DNA of 64,000 nucleotides from Octopus sinensis. Lineage: Eukaryota. The first letter of the stretch is position 1. Each line of letters opens with the position of its first letter. A program made the position numbers and the translations under genes. The stretch is from contig NC_043001.1 of assembly GCF_006345805.1 (NCBI RefSeq), positions 66,774,001 through 66,838,000 on the forward strand, written 5' to 3'. The notes under the pieces are model-generated. The model was not told where the DNA came from and did not search any database. It worked only from the letters and a program-made list of their open reading frames with translations. Below, in pieces: positions 1-13,618 of this stretch.

Positions 1-540
1 TCAAATTTCTCTTCAGTCTTAAAATCTAAAAACTTGACAGTCTTCTGTTAATTATAATTTTTTTTACTCTATTATATTTATTTTGTGACTTTTAAGGAAT
101 TTCAATCCATTTTTTTTTATTTTTAAAGTATGTTGACTTTACTTTATAGACTGTCCCAGCTATTTGATCATTTTTCTTTTTGTCTTTCTTTACTCTTTCA
201 TTATTAGCAATTGTTTCTTTTTTTTTTTTCATGTTACCCATTTACATGCTTTCTCCCTCCCTCTATCCCTTTCATTCTCTGTAGCTCTCTCTCCCCTCTC
301 AACTCACAATTCAGCATAAACTCAATGGAATCTATATGAACTCAAAATAAAAGCTGATTCAATATCCAACTAAATTTTATCTATTCTTAAGGTTCTTAAA
401 ACTGAATGTTCCCCATATCTGTGCACTTCCATTTCATGTCCAGTGACTTTGCAATACACTTAAAATTTAGTTTCAATTTCTTATGGGCATTCTTTAGGGT
501 TAGATATGTAGCCATGCCTGCATTTATACACCTAATAGGC

Positions 541-665
541 ACAGCACAGCTGTGTGATTAAGGAGTTCAGTCCCACTACATTACACCTTGGGCAAGTATC
601 TTCTACTATAGCCCTAAACTGACCAAAGCTTTGTGAGTGGATTTAGTTGACAGAGACTGAAATAA
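541..665 (+). mobile_element. tRNA-derived SINE, family 1 (partial)
   Basis: gctgtgtgattaagg...caccttgggcaagtatcttctactatagcc...gaccaaagctttgtgagtggattt is shared with the copies at 24873, 28355, 43987 and others. Confidence 0.75.
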
Positions 666-667
666 GG

Positions 668-1162
668 CCATCATATCATCATCATTTAACATCCATATTC
701 CATTCTGGCATGGTTTGAATGGTTTGTTTGGATTCAGTGAGCCCAAGGATGGTACTGTGCTCCAATGTCTGCTTTGGCATAGTTTCTACACCTGAATGCC
801 CTTCCTAATGCCAAGCACCACTTTACAGTTTGTACTGGGTGCTTCTTTTCATGCCACTTCACTATTAAAGTCATTATGTAGCTTGCAAGTTTTCAAACTC
901 TAGGAGATGAGGGCACTGCATCCTCATGTTATATAGGGGTTATGGTATGAGGGAAGAGGTTGGGGCAGGGCAGGTTCATGTTGTAGAGGAGCTACATGGT
1001 AACTCACTTTTAGGTGAATGAGTGAAAATGAATTAGTGGTATCCCCAAAGAGATATGGGTGATGTGTCCAAGTGCATCTTGTGTAGCAGTTGTAGTAGTT
1101 GGGGGTGGTTGCAAGATTGTATGGGGGTAGAGATGTGAGGAGAGTATTTGTTATACATAAAG

Positions 1163-1202
<40 letters not shown>

Positions 1203-3200
1203 CAGTTTTACTGCAATGGGTAGATTTTCATGAAAACTTTATATCGTTAGATGTCCAGGTCCTTTGTCATTTCTGCTGCAAAGCTCAAGGTTCTGAGGCC
1301 AGCCTTCGCCACTTCATCCCATGTCTTCCTGTGTTTTCCTTGTGTACAGGCTCCAGCTGCATTTAGTAATCAGCACTTCTTAGTACATCTGTCCTCGTCC
1401 ATACACATCACATATCTGTACTAGCACAGTCTTCTTTCTTGTATCTGATTTCTCTTATAGTCTTTCCCAACACTTACTATGTCATTCATGCACACTTAAA
1501 TTACACATCCAGTGGAGCCTGCTCACTCCATTTCTTTCCAGTCTTCTCATGTTCTCCGTGTTCAAGGCCCATGTCTCACTACCATGCAGCATTGCAGTTC
1601 TAACACAAGTATCATACAATCTGCTTTTCACTCTGTGAGAAAAGATCATTGTAGCTCTCTGAACTTTTTCTATCTTGTTCTTAATCAGGCTGTTATTCTT
1701 TCAGGGCAATCACTTTTTTTTTGCTGATGACGTCTCCTCAGTTACAAAAACTTTCAACTAATTCTAGTGAGCTATTCAGGTATTCAAGGGATTCATTTTT
1801 GGTGTGTTCATGGAACATACTGTTCCAGTCCATCTATCACATATGAAGCTTATATTTTCTGCTAGTTTGTCTGTGATTCTGCTACATCTCTTCTCTATCC
1901 ATAGTTTACAGTGAGTGCAGCATATGGAGTCTATACCTATTCCTTTTCTGCATATCAAATAAAGCTATTTCCCTGAGGGTACCAGGATCCTGTCTTTCCT
2001 ACTTAAGTTTCCTTAGTGAACACCAGATTATGGAATATGGTACAGTCAAATGCCTTCTCTTGGTTAACAAAGGCTAGGAACAATGGTTTATTCATCACTA
2101 AGTTTTTCTCCTGTAGTTGTCTCACTGGGAACATTGCATCTCTTCTAGGCATGAAACCAAGCTTCATCTTATCTATCCTTCCATGAATCAATTGTGCAAT
2201 GACATTCTCTGTGACCTTCATAACCTGATCCATTCATCTAATTCCTCTATAACTGCTTCTCTCAAAGGTATTCTCCCTTTACCTTTGTAGTAGTTTGCAA
2301 TGACATTGTTACACCAGTCAATGGATATGACTCATCCTTGTATGACCTTATTTACTATCTGAGTGGTAATCCTGTAGCTTACCTCACCAGATGTTTTGAG
2401 CATCTCTGCAGCTATCCTACTCTTCATTTCCTTGATCACCTTATTTTCTATGTGGCAATCAACTTGAATTGGTTTCTCTGTAAGGTCTGCACAATGTAGC
2501 CTCTCTTCACCCCTTGCATTCTCATAATAGCATTTCTACACCACTTTGTTATCTTCCATATCAATGACAAATATGCCTTCACCATTCCAAATATGCTTCT
2601 CACCAATGACATCTTGGTTCTCTCTTTCACACTGCTTTGTGATCCTAAACACTTTACACCTCTAATCCTCATGCTGCAAGACATGTTCAAATCTCTTCTT
2701 CTTTGCTTCATGATTAACCAAATATAGCTCTTGCCTAACTGCTCTTCTATCCACTTGGTAATGTTTCCTACTAACCGCTTCCTTCCAAGTTTTCCATGCT
2801 TGTTTCTTTGCTTTTATTGCCCTATCCACTGTATCATTCCACATCCATGTTACTTTTGGCTTGGTTGGGACTTTACTCCAGCCACATGTCTGTTCATTGG
2901 TGCTGAACAAGTTATTTCATAGAAATTCCCAGTTTTCATATACATTACAGGTATCTAAATTTCCACCTTTCCAATTGCAGGATCTTTCAATTTTCATGTC
3001 TTCCTTCTCCATGGCATTTATCTCTGTGTCTTCCTAGCTTTAACTCTGAAGTCAGTCACCACTAATTTATGTTGTGCAGTACATTCTTCTACAGGAAGAA
3101 TTTTGACATTTACAATGGATGTTCTGTGCTTTTTCCTGGCAAGAACATAATCTGTCTGACTTGTATGTGTACCAGATTCTAAAGTGTGTGTTGCAAATTG
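668..3200 (-). mobile_element. Degenerate RTE-type LINE (APE end, RT, PHD-like finger, 3' UTR and shared tail)
   Basis: Minus-strand fragments: SQTDYVLARKKHR (APE end), TWMWNDTVDRAIKAKKQAWK, QLQEKNLVMNKPLFLAFVNQEKAFD (RT), CRKGIGIDSICCTHCKLWIEKRC, RTAMLHGSETWAL, GKHRKTWDEVAK. Ends in the tail module plus (GAT)n near 668. The YADD region appears deleted. Confidence 0.88.
1166..1193. repeat. (CA)n microsatellite
   Basis: Direct reading. Confidence 0.95.
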
Positions 3201-3827
3201 TTAGATAGTCCTGCTTGTGGGACATATGCCAAGATAACTGTTGCTGTTGAGTTGTCTATAACTAGCCTCATCTTGATAATCCTATCACATACTCTCACTA
3301 TACCTCAATTACTTTCTCTATTCACTTCTCAACTAACACTATGCCTACTCCGTCACTACCATCATTGTTACTCCCTCAGAAGAAGTCTTTTGCCCATAAG
3401 AAGTTTAGTTGAGTATACTTTCCGTTGTACCTCTTGCACACAACAAATGTTCCCTTGTTTCCCCTCCAGCATTTCCCCAGTCACACCAGACCTATCTTTC
3501 ATCCTGCCCATATTTATGACTGAAGCCCTTACATCTTGGAACCCACAGGATGGAAGGATGTATCATCAATTAGAAGGCTGTTTGCTGTTGCATCTGTAAA
3601 GAATAAGAAAGGTTGTTCCATGGTTTGCTGGCAGTTAGCATGTGTGTGTGTGTGTGTCTCCATATTTTGACATCATGTGGTATTTGTAAGAGTTTCATCA
3701 TCATTCAAGCAGTGTCATACATTTAGACATAGTTACCATAAACACATATAGACATGGCAACTACACACACTACACATACACATATAGACATAGCTACTAC
3801 ATACACATGTGGACATCTACAAACTAA

Positions 3828-3831
<4 letters not shown>

Positions 3832-3876
<45 letters not shown>
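3832..3876. repeat. (TG)n microsatellite
   Basis: Direct reading. Confidence 0.95.
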
Positions 3877-3877
<1 letters not shown>

Positions 3878-4254
3878 TGTTGTCAGAGAACCAGCAAAGA
3901 ATTATGAGAATAAGTATTGCTTTTAGCCTGAGCCAGATCTTTTTATAAGAATAGAAGTCATACTTGATAAGCTGTTATCAATATTGTTATGGATCCTGGA
4001 GGAAGATGAAGAAGTCACTGGATATGATCTCAAAATGTCAGTTTTCTAACTTAATCCATTCGTTGTTCAACACCTTCCCCACTAACACCAGTTCTTTAGG
4101 CTTATAAATAAGAAAGGACTATCTTCATTAGTTGTATAAGATGATACGGTGGATAATGTTTATTTGTGTAATCATTAATGTCTATGGCTACTTTAAATAG
4201 CTGTCAGTTCTACTAATTAGTTGCTCTTTAGGATTGTGTACAAAAGACTGTGAA

Positions 4255-4415
4255 GTCACACTAGCAGCCAAATTACCTCTAGACTGTCTTAAAGAAGGGA
4301 GGACAGTTTTGTCAGTGTAGTTATAGACGCACAAAGAGACAGGATGGTCATGGCTGAAATCTCTTTTGATCATAGGTCCTCTCAACCAGAGCTAACCTGG
4401 GGCTAAAAACAATAA
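4255..4415 (+). mobile_element. Dispersed repeat family 4 (SINE-like 3' part)
   Basis: ggatggtcatggctg(g)aat..ctttgatcatagg..tgctcaa...gct(g/a)acct(g)gggctaaacaacaa recurs at about 19235-19310, 46380-46520 and 59790-60015 (+) and at 18615-18780 and 62868-63040 (-). Confidence 0.65.
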
Positions 4416-4734
4416 CCACTCAATCTTTTATCTGTTAATAAGATGTAACTGATGAACTTTGCAAGATGATAGTTAAGACAGGGTGAGAGTTGTTGAGGGA
4501 ATCATGAAAATGATAAAATGATATTGAGTGGGTAGCTGAGGGAGCCAAGCAGCTGATGGTTAGATGTAGTGAGGGTAGCTAAGGGTTTCACCAAAATCAT
4601 AGTAAGATAGAGATGGTACCTGAAGGTTCCATCAAGATGATAGTAAGGATATGGTAAACGATGTTAAACTAGTGATGACTATAACATTGTTTAACCCTAA
4701 TCCAATAGACATATCATCAAAAACATTCAAGAAG

Positions 4735-4780
<46 letters not shown>

Positions 4781-7108
4781 GACATTTTATATGTAGGACT
4801 ACCCTATCCAATGTATCCTTTTTATCTTTTTAATATGGTCTTAAGATGTGAATTGAAGGAGAAATGGTTGCACTTTCTAGTATGTTGAGCAACAGCTTGG
4901 AGACCCCCTGCCTTTGTTAGATGGTTAGGGATATTGTATTGGTCATTTATATGAAGTCCATCATTCATTCCATCTAGTATTGATTCTTTTATTCCGTCTT
5001 CCACTCTTTTATCCTATCATTCATTCCTTTACTATTAATTGAAACCAATAAGTTGTGTAATTAGAAATAAAGAGAAAAGACAGACGAACTTTCCTTAATT
5101 ATTCACTTGAATTAATATTCTTGAAGTTATTGTTTGTCTCTGAATCTCTCAGATTCTATGACATGGTCAGTCAAGAGGGTTATAATTTCTTCCTAACCTT
5201 TACTGTAGTTATGTGTCTATTAACATATTTAACAGAGCAACACTTTTACAGTGAGTATGTGTATGAATTAAATCATCTAATTAAAATATAGTCAATTTTA
5301 ATAATACTGAACCATATCTAAAGTTATTACAATATTACTAAAGGTCAGACTCCTATGGGACCAGTGTAGTGGGAGGTGGGGTAATGGGTCCATTGTAATG
5401 GAGTTCAGTGTGGTAGGGTGCAGTTTAGTCACATTATCATCATGCAGTCAAAGGTCAGACTCACCTCTGATTTAGTGGTGCCATATAGTCTGAGAAGTAT
5501 AATTTATTTTGATTTAAATTTCAAGGGTTGTCTTCCCTGCTTTTCTTCATCAAAATTCATTTATTGTCCAATGTCATAAATGATGTCATAATTAACTGCC
5601 CACTTCAATATTTGTCTTTTTTTTTAATGTTTTCTTTTGGTGTCTGTGAGTATTCTACCCTCCTCAGTCATAACAAAAAAAAAAAAAAAAAAATACATTT
5701 CAACACCATCCACACCTGTTATTTTGTCTATTGTAATAATGAAAGCAAGCAATTTTTTCATAAAGTATGTTGTTCTTCTTTTTTGAAACTATATTAGATC
5801 AAGTGGTTATTTGCATGTATGTGTGGGCATCATCATCATCATCTTTTTGATGTCTACTCTGCCATGCTTGCATGGGTCTTATGAGATTCATTGAGTCAGA
5901 TTTTCTATGGCCAGATGCCCTTCTTGTCACTAGCTCATCTGTTTCTAAGCAAAGTAACATTTCTTCTTGGTCGAACATGTTTAATAAAACAAAGAATAAA
6001 GGCAAACAACTTTGTCTGCATGATGGTGCTGCTCATTTACAACCATTACATAATGTCGAGACAAGGGTGTGTGTGCCCCCCCCCACCTTATGAACTTCAT
6101 TATCTCGCAGTTTTTACTGCTATAAGATGCAATAAACTCATAGCTGGGTGGTTGGGTAACATCTTATTGCTTCATCAGAGCTTTGAATATGAAGTATATA
6201 TAAATATTTATATAACTACACATATATAAATTTCTATACACACATAACATCTCATAAACAAATTCTTTCCTTCTATGGGTTTTTTTTTCTCTCTTACCTC
6301 TTCATGATTCATTCAAGCTGTCTGTTCCTTATGGCCAACTCTTCTGCTGGATTACTTTACTCTGATTAGGAAGTTGGAATTTAAGAATTTGATTATTCCA
6401 AGCTCTAACTAATGCAGTGCTTGTCTATTCCTTGCTTGCAGTTGCACCTTCTCACCCATTCTATGTATATTTGTATGTTTTGTGTGCACACATACATATA
6501 CAGAGAGAAAATTAATGTTACTAATCTTACTGCTGTCTTTCTCTCCCCACTGAAACATTAAAGTGGCTATTACCATAAGCATTGAGAAACTTCCTTTACA
6601 ACCCATTATACACCTTTCTTGTCTCTGTTTCAACCAGTTTGCATTCAAATGTAAATAATCCTACTTTTGGGGGGTTACTATTTAAACTATGTCAGTCTCG
6701 GTCCTTACTGCTTCTACTACTTCTACTACCATACACAATGCCCAATACTGTTAACAACTTGCAGGGTAGGAGCTGGGCTACTTCCTTTTCACATTCTTTT
6801 TTTTCTTTGGGTATTGACAGTGGATGAGATGGGTGAGTGAGGATTTCTTGACTGCTTCAGTCATAGTTACTATGTTTGAGTGTGTACACACAAATACCTA
6901 CTCATACAACTGCATAGACATACTGCTTATAAAACATAGCTATACACACACACACACATTTATGTATACATACACTTATCTGTATGTGCATGCATAACTA
7001 CAAACATATATATAATATACACACATGTATGTAGAGACACAACTATATACACACATACACACCTACTCATAAATGCAGACACATGTATTTGCATACATAT
7101 TACACAGC

Positions 7109-7145
<37 letters not shown>

Positions 7146-7817
7146 TCACACACTTATGTGTACATACATACTTAATGATATGTAGATGTTTTATGCTACC
7201 CTCAAGTAGCATGAACTATGTTATCAAGGAGAGTGAAGTATACACCTGTAAGTTATGTGGACACAGTTTTTATGTCCACCCAGCAATGGTGTCTGTACTT
7301 CTCTGTGTGTTCCCTGCTACTTTTATTATATTAGTTTGTCCTCTTGTGAGATATATGACAGGGTAGTGTCTCTATAAAGCTGTCAAAAGTCAACAGAAAC
7401 TTCCTATGAAGGAGATAGCTTTACATTATCTGTGTTCATTGTAAAAATTCTTGTCACTTAATTTTATCTACTCTTGCAGCTGAATCTTTTTTATAGAATT
7501 TATTGCAGGAATGTATTTACTGTCTTTTGATTGTGAGTTCACATCCTACTGGAGTCAGGTCTTACCATCTGATTAAAAAAAACAGAAAAAAAAACTTGTG
7601 CTTTTTTTTTGTGATCCCTGCACTCTGAATTTAAACTACTCTTGGGCCAGTTATCTCATTCATCTGTCTAGGGTCAATAAAATATACCAGTCAAGTATTA
7701 AGATCTTTATAATCAATTTTAACCTCTTCCCCTAAACTTGTTAGCTTGTGTCAATGTTAGAAATCATTAATTAACCACAAAATCATTAATTTTACTCTCA
7801 TCCCTGTATGTTTCCAG

Positions 7818-7977
7818 TACACCTGCTGAATGTTTGTAAAATTCTGCTTTCTGAGATAATGTGTAGATTGTAGCTGTGGGCGTCTACCAGAGTTTGTTAC
7901 ACCTGCTGAACATCTGTAAAATTCTGCTTTCTGAGATAATGAGCAGGTTGTAGCTGTTGGTGTCTACCATAGTTTGT
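7818..7977. repeat. Two-unit 80-bp tandem duplication
   Basis: tacacctgctgaa...aaaattctgctttctgagataatg...gtctacca.agtttgt occurs twice, differing by substitutions. Confidence 0.9.
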
Positions 7978-8617
7978 AGCTTTCAGTATGTACCATTGTC
8001 AGATAGTGATAACACAGAATACATTGAATCTGTCTTGTTACCTGTCCCATTGACATTGTTGTTAATCTACTTTGTTTAATCTAAAGGCAACTATGATAGA
8101 AGCGGCTAATTGGTGTGGTCTTTTCTAAGCAGAATTATCCAACAATGAATAATGATTAAATACTGACATTGGAAGCACAGTGGATAATTTGTAGCCAGTA
8201 GGTCAAAATACCAAAGTACTTGTCCAGTGGATATTTGAAACGCCATGGTACTTTTTTTTTTTTTTTTTTTTCTTTTGCTAGATGTACTGAGACAGTAGTG
8301 TTAGTATTAGGAATGCAACAGTGTTATTGTTTGTATATTTTCTTCTCTGGTAAATAGAACAATGGACTTAATGATATTTCTTGTGCAAACTTGGACTAGA
8401 CTTGGGTTACCTTCTGCATGAAAAACAGATAGTTAAGAGGGTGATGACATGCTTAATATATCTAGGATGATTTGTAGGGAGGATGAAAGATTTCAAGTTG
8501 ACCTCAATGAAATTTGAACTTAGATCTTAAGGAGCCATAACTGAATACCCTTGCTAACATATATCCCTGTGTTTTGTTGCTTTAAACGTTTTTATTCCAT
8601 CATTCGTACTTATTGAA

Positions 8618-8880
8618 GGTGTGTAGCCTAGTGGTCAAGGTTTGGCTTTACACTCATAAAGTTGTGGTTTCAGTTCCTGGATCAGGTGGTGTTCTATATC
8701 CTTCTGCAAAGGGTATTGTTTCACATTGCTTCAGCTTTAAATAAGGACCAGCTGAATGCTGGTAGAGCCTTGTTTTCCCTCTAGCTGTCACATCCTTGAT
8801 GCTCTGCAGAGTCAAAAATAAGTTGAGAGGATGTCTGCTTGTGATTATATAGACACCTAAAACAATTTGTGAAATCATGG
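8618..8880 (+). mobile_element. tRNA-derived SINE with Pol III A/B boxes
   Basis: A-box-like tagcctagtgg and B-box-like ggtttcagttcc; the head resembles the copy at 26072. Confidence 0.6.
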
Positions 8881-9098
8881 TACAAGCTACCAGTTTATAC
8901 TTGTTAGCAAGTGACTGCTGTGCATATATGGCTATAAAATTGTATGTTCAGCAACATGGTGGCTATATAACTGTGTGTGTGTGTGTGTTTAGCTGCTTAC
9001 ATTACTATATTTTCACCACAAGCTTGTTATGTAACTGTATGTAGTTGTTTGCTAAAGCTGTTTTCATTATTAATCTAATATATTTTCATTTTGTACAG

Positions 9099-9219
9099 GA
9101 CCAGCTGGAAGTCACTGAAGCTGGGTCAGCATACAAGGTTCATTCAGAGAAACCTCATCTAGTTAGTCTTGGCAGTGGACGGCTCTCTACTGCAGTAACA
9201 TTATTATCTCTAAATGAAG
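9099..9219 (+). CDS. PHLDB1: Coding exon A of a PHLDB1/2 (LL5)-like gene, region just before the FHA domain
   Basis: Acceptor ttttgtacag, 121 nt, donor gtaagt (phase 0 to 1). Translation DQLEVTEAGSAYKVHSEKPHLVSLGSGRLSTAVTLLSLNE(G) closely matches the PHLDB1 N-terminal motif KPHLVSLGSGRLSTAITLLPLEEG as I recall it. Confidence 0.92.
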
Positions 9220-9548
9220 GTAAGTTGCAATTAACTAAACAACATATTAAATTGATTGTCATCTTGTAATATCTACTATAATGTATTGGGTTGTTTGGAC
9301 ATTGATGTAGACATCTTTGCCATTTGTATTTAGGAAAGATGATGTCTTCATAGAAACTAGCTTTGCAAACATATAATTTGAAGTTCAGTTTTTCTGTCCT
9401 GCACCATGAACAAATGTCTTCTCTTATGATCTCAGGCCGAGTAATATTTAGTGAGTGAATTGTAGATGAAAATTGTGTGGAAGCTGTGTATACAGGTACA
9501 ACACTGATTTTCCAGACACTTATGGACTGGAATCTCTTATAATTTACA

Positions 9549-9778
9549 CAGGCAGGGTTCATATGGCTTTTGGGGGTCCATATAAAATTTATGTGCAATA
9601 AATTGGCTATACTTCTACAATACACAAAATATTTTAGGAATTTTTCACACAATTCCTAACAATATTTAATTATAAAAATGTAATAGGAATTTTAAAACAT
9701 TGAATGTCTATGGGTGTCTATCCAAGTAAAATAGGAATCAAAGGGGTCCATAGAAAAAAAAATGGCTGAGAGCCACTG
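9549..9778. mobile_element. Possible hAT-type MITE remnant
   Basis: The right end reverse-complements to CAGTGGCTCTCAGCC (Charlie-like TIR). The left end caggcagggttc is degenerate. Flanks atttacac and atttacat are TSD-like but out of register. Confidence 0.4.
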
Positions 9779-11212
9779 ATTTACATTAATGTACAGGTAT
9801 TTCATTTCATTTAATTTCTGTGTTTCATTTAATGGTTCAAGTAAGCTAAATATTTGTTTAATTTAGTGTTTGTTGACCAAGGTGACCGTCCCTGGTTCAG
9901 AAAGATCAGCCATTTTTTATCAAGAATTTGGTTTTTAGTACCTTTTAATTAAAAAACGCATACAATTGATTTTAAGGCTTTGGAACTAAAGGCTCCAGAA
10001 AATCAATATTATACCTATGAATATATTTGTGTTTGTCTGTTTGTATCTGTTTTCTCCAATGCTTGATAACTGGCATTGTTCTGTATATGTCCCTGTAACT
10101 TAGTGGCATGGCAAAAACAAACATCTACTACAATAAAAACCAAACTTAAAATACTGGGGTTGATTTGTTTAACTAAACTCTTGAAACAAATAAAAGAGTA
10201 TCTCTTAGGTTTTTAAACTCAATTTTCTGGTAATCCAGGTAAGTATGACATTTAAGACCCTAATGTGGGTTTCAGTTATATTAAAGAAGAACAAAGTAAT
10301 CATTAGTTAAGCCCGAAGAATATCTAATTTGCAGTATTGAGTTTACAAGTATTAATTCTTGACAGTCAGGTAAATGTCTGTAAAATGGTACTCATGGAAT
10401 TGTGAGAATAGGATCTGACTTGTAATTTATGAACAAGAATTGAACATTTGGTTGTTCTAAGGGAGGTACAGGTTTATTAAAGCGTATAACCATGCAAATG
10501 TAGTGGAAGCATGGACATAAAGAATTATATGAGAACAAAATATTGGTCTTTACCAATAAAAGAACTCTTTGATAGAATCCCCCAGATTGGGTTGAAAATG
10601 ACAGGAAGAATGACCAAAGTTAAATCTTGGCAGTGCAGTAACTGGATGCTATTTTGCTTTCCAGTTACTTTCTTTGTAGTTCCGATGTTCTTCAGCTAGG
10701 ATAAAATATCTAACAGTATTAATAACAATTGTCTGATATTGAGAGTTTTGTGTTCTTCCTCTACAATAAATAATGAATGGTAAAATAATTTGACTTATGA
10801 AGTCAAATTATATAAAGATTGTTTGGAAGGGTGGAGATGGACATGTCAAGTACAATCATGTCAGTTATATTTTAGAAGCATGTTTAATCTAACATTTTTA
10901 GTATGTTAATATTAACTGTGTAATATTTACCTGGGAGGAATAATAACAGAATATAACACTACTTGTATATTTACTTTCATCCTTCTAGGGTCAAAATAAA
11001 TACCAATCAAATACTGGATGATGGCATTGACACAACCATTCCCTTTAGAATTGCTAGTTTTATGCCTAATCAGAAACCATTGTTGTTGTTGTTATTATTA
11101 TTGAATGATTGCTTTGATCTATTGGTAGAATGTCTGTCATGCTTACAGGAGATGTGGGTTTGTGTCACAATTTCATGCTCTGACCCTTTGTATCTGATTG
11201 GATTTTTAAAAA

Positions 11213-11912
11213 AGGCAGCAAACTGGCAGAATCATTTACTGCACCAGAATAAATGCTTTGTGACAACATTTGAATGTAGAGTCTTCAAATGCCACCAGGG
11301 TCAATAAAATAAGTACCAGTCGAGCACTAAAGTCAATGTTATTGACTTATCCTTCCCTGGAGTTGCTGGCCTTGTGCCAAAATTTGAAACTTATTATTAT
11401 TAAGGTGGTAAGCTGGCAGAATCAGTAGCACATTGGACAAAATGCTGCTGAGATCAACTTTGCCTTTCATCCTTTCAAAGTAGATAAAATAAGTACTAGT
11501 TGAGCACTGGGGTCGATGTAATTCACTTTCTGACTCCTCAAAATTGCAGGCCTTGTGCTAAAATAAGAAAGGATTATTATTATGACTATTATTGTTGTTA
11601 AGGTGGCAAGCTGGTAGAATTATTAGCTTGCTTGACAAAATGCGTAGTGACATTTCCTTTGTCTTTACATTCTGAGTTGAAATTCTGCTGAGGTTAACTT
11701 TTGGGCTCAGTAAATTAAGTACCAGTCAAGCACTGGGATTGATATTTCTCCCAAAATTTCAGGCCTTGTATCTATAATATGAAGGACTGTTGTTTTTATG
11801 AAGTTGTCTTTGCCTTTCGTCCTCCCATAAAATAAGGTGCCAGTCAAGTACTGGGATTGAAGTATTGACTAAACCACACTTCAGAAAATTGCTAGCCTTG
11901 TGTCTAAATTAG
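11213..11912 (+). mobile_element. Head-to-tail array of four family-2 SINEs
   Basis: Units aaggtggcaagctggcagaat...tttgcctttcatcc...aagtaccagt..agcactggggtcgatgta...ggccttgtg...(tat)n start at about 11213, 11403, 11600 and 11800 (the last is 5'-truncated). Confidence 0.85.
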
Positions 11913-12689
11913 AAACACTATTTTCTAATTAAGCATGGAGTATTAGATGGAAGTGGAAAGTGTGTGTTATGGTGTTCATGCCTTGATTGTAATGCATCTG
12001 ATGGATGGGATAAATTCACTAGCCATAAAATGTCAATGTTTCTATTAAAAAAATCTCTCTATAAAGTGAGAAGTCGTATTTGTATCTCAAGTTTGTCACC
12101 TGGGGACACTTACTTCTTTTATCACCCCCACCCCACGCACATTCTGATTCCTTCCCCCATCATATTTCTACCTTTGTTATTCGATTTTCTTCAACCCATT
12201 CCTCTACTATTCTTGCAACTCTCTTTTTGTTTCTCCCTCTCTCCCTGGTTTGTTCAACTTCCTACACTATCTCTCTATTTGCACCCCTCTGACTCTTGTC
12301 TTATTGACATCTGTTCTGTTTCATGTTATTTTACTTCCAATTCATTTCTTCCAGCCCCCCCCCCCCCCGGCTCTCCTCTGTACACTGTTTCTTCATTCTC
12401 AATCCCCAACTCCACCTCCCAACCCGTTACATAATTTGCATAAAACCACTGACATAACAGAATCAGTTCCAACAGGGAATAGAAACTGGTAATGAGGTAA
12501 AGAACCCAATTCTATGTGGTAGTATGTGTAAAGAGTTGAGTGAAGTGACCCAACTATAAATGAGAGAAAGTGACTGTTGGCAGAAAATATTAACTTGGAA
12601 ATGGAAAGCACCATACTACACATGCACGCACGCACGTGCACACACTCACATGGATGTATGTATGGATGGTTCTTCATCATTTGACAGTT

Positions 12690-12990
12690 AGGACCTAAAT
12701 TGTACCAGTTGAACACTGGGATTGATGTAATCGACTAGCTTCCTCCTCCAGCATTTCAGGCCTTGTGCCTATAGAAGAAAAGAGTATTATTGTTGTTAAG
12801 GTGGCCAACTGGCACAACTGTTAGAGCTTTGAACAAAATGTTTTGTATTTCTTCTAACCCATTACATTCTGAGTTCAAATTCTGCCGAGGTCAACTTAAC
12901 ATTTCATTGTTTTGTGTTCGATAAAATAAGTGTCAGTCAAGTACTGGGGTTGATGTAATCGGCTAGCTCTCTTCCCCACAAATGTGACAG
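12690..12990 (+). mobile_element. Two tandem family-2 SINEs
   Basis: Same diagnostic motifs as the 11.2-11.9 kb array, followed by a (CTA)/(CTG)/(ATT)n tract to 13086. A further 3' half lies at about 13305-13416. Confidence 0.8.
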
Positions 12991-13034
12991 TCTTCATAAA
13001 GAATTACTACTACTACTGCTACTGCTGCTGCTGC

Positions 13035-13088
<54 letters not shown>

Positions 13089-13618
13089 AAAAATGAACTT
13101 TGGGTTTTATGGAGCCCATCTGTCACATGCAGTATCATACTGATTTTGCCTGAATGATATTAGGAGTACAAATGTCTCTGGAATAATACTCAGCCATTTA
13201 GTCTAAACTACAATGTGCAGTTCTCATGAATAATCTAATAATTCCATACGGTATTTATTTTGGTTCCTTATGCACTGAGCGCAAATCCTGCTGGAATCAG
13301 TTTTGTCTTTATCCTTCGGGGAGTGGGGTGTGATAAAATAAAATGCTGGTCAAGTACTGGGGGTCAATGTAATCAACTAATCTCCTGATTTCTGACCTTG
13401 CATCTATAGTCGAAATGGTAACTGGTAAATTCCACCAGGTAAATTTCACCACGGTATATTCCACCATGGTAAATTTCACCATAAGTGAAATTATTATTAT
13501 ATTAGTTACAATATTATGGAAATAAAAAAAGAATGCATAAAAAATAATATCAATAATGTCAATGAATACAAAAAACACAAGGGAGAAAAAATAATTAAGG
13601 AACAATCATACAAAGAAA

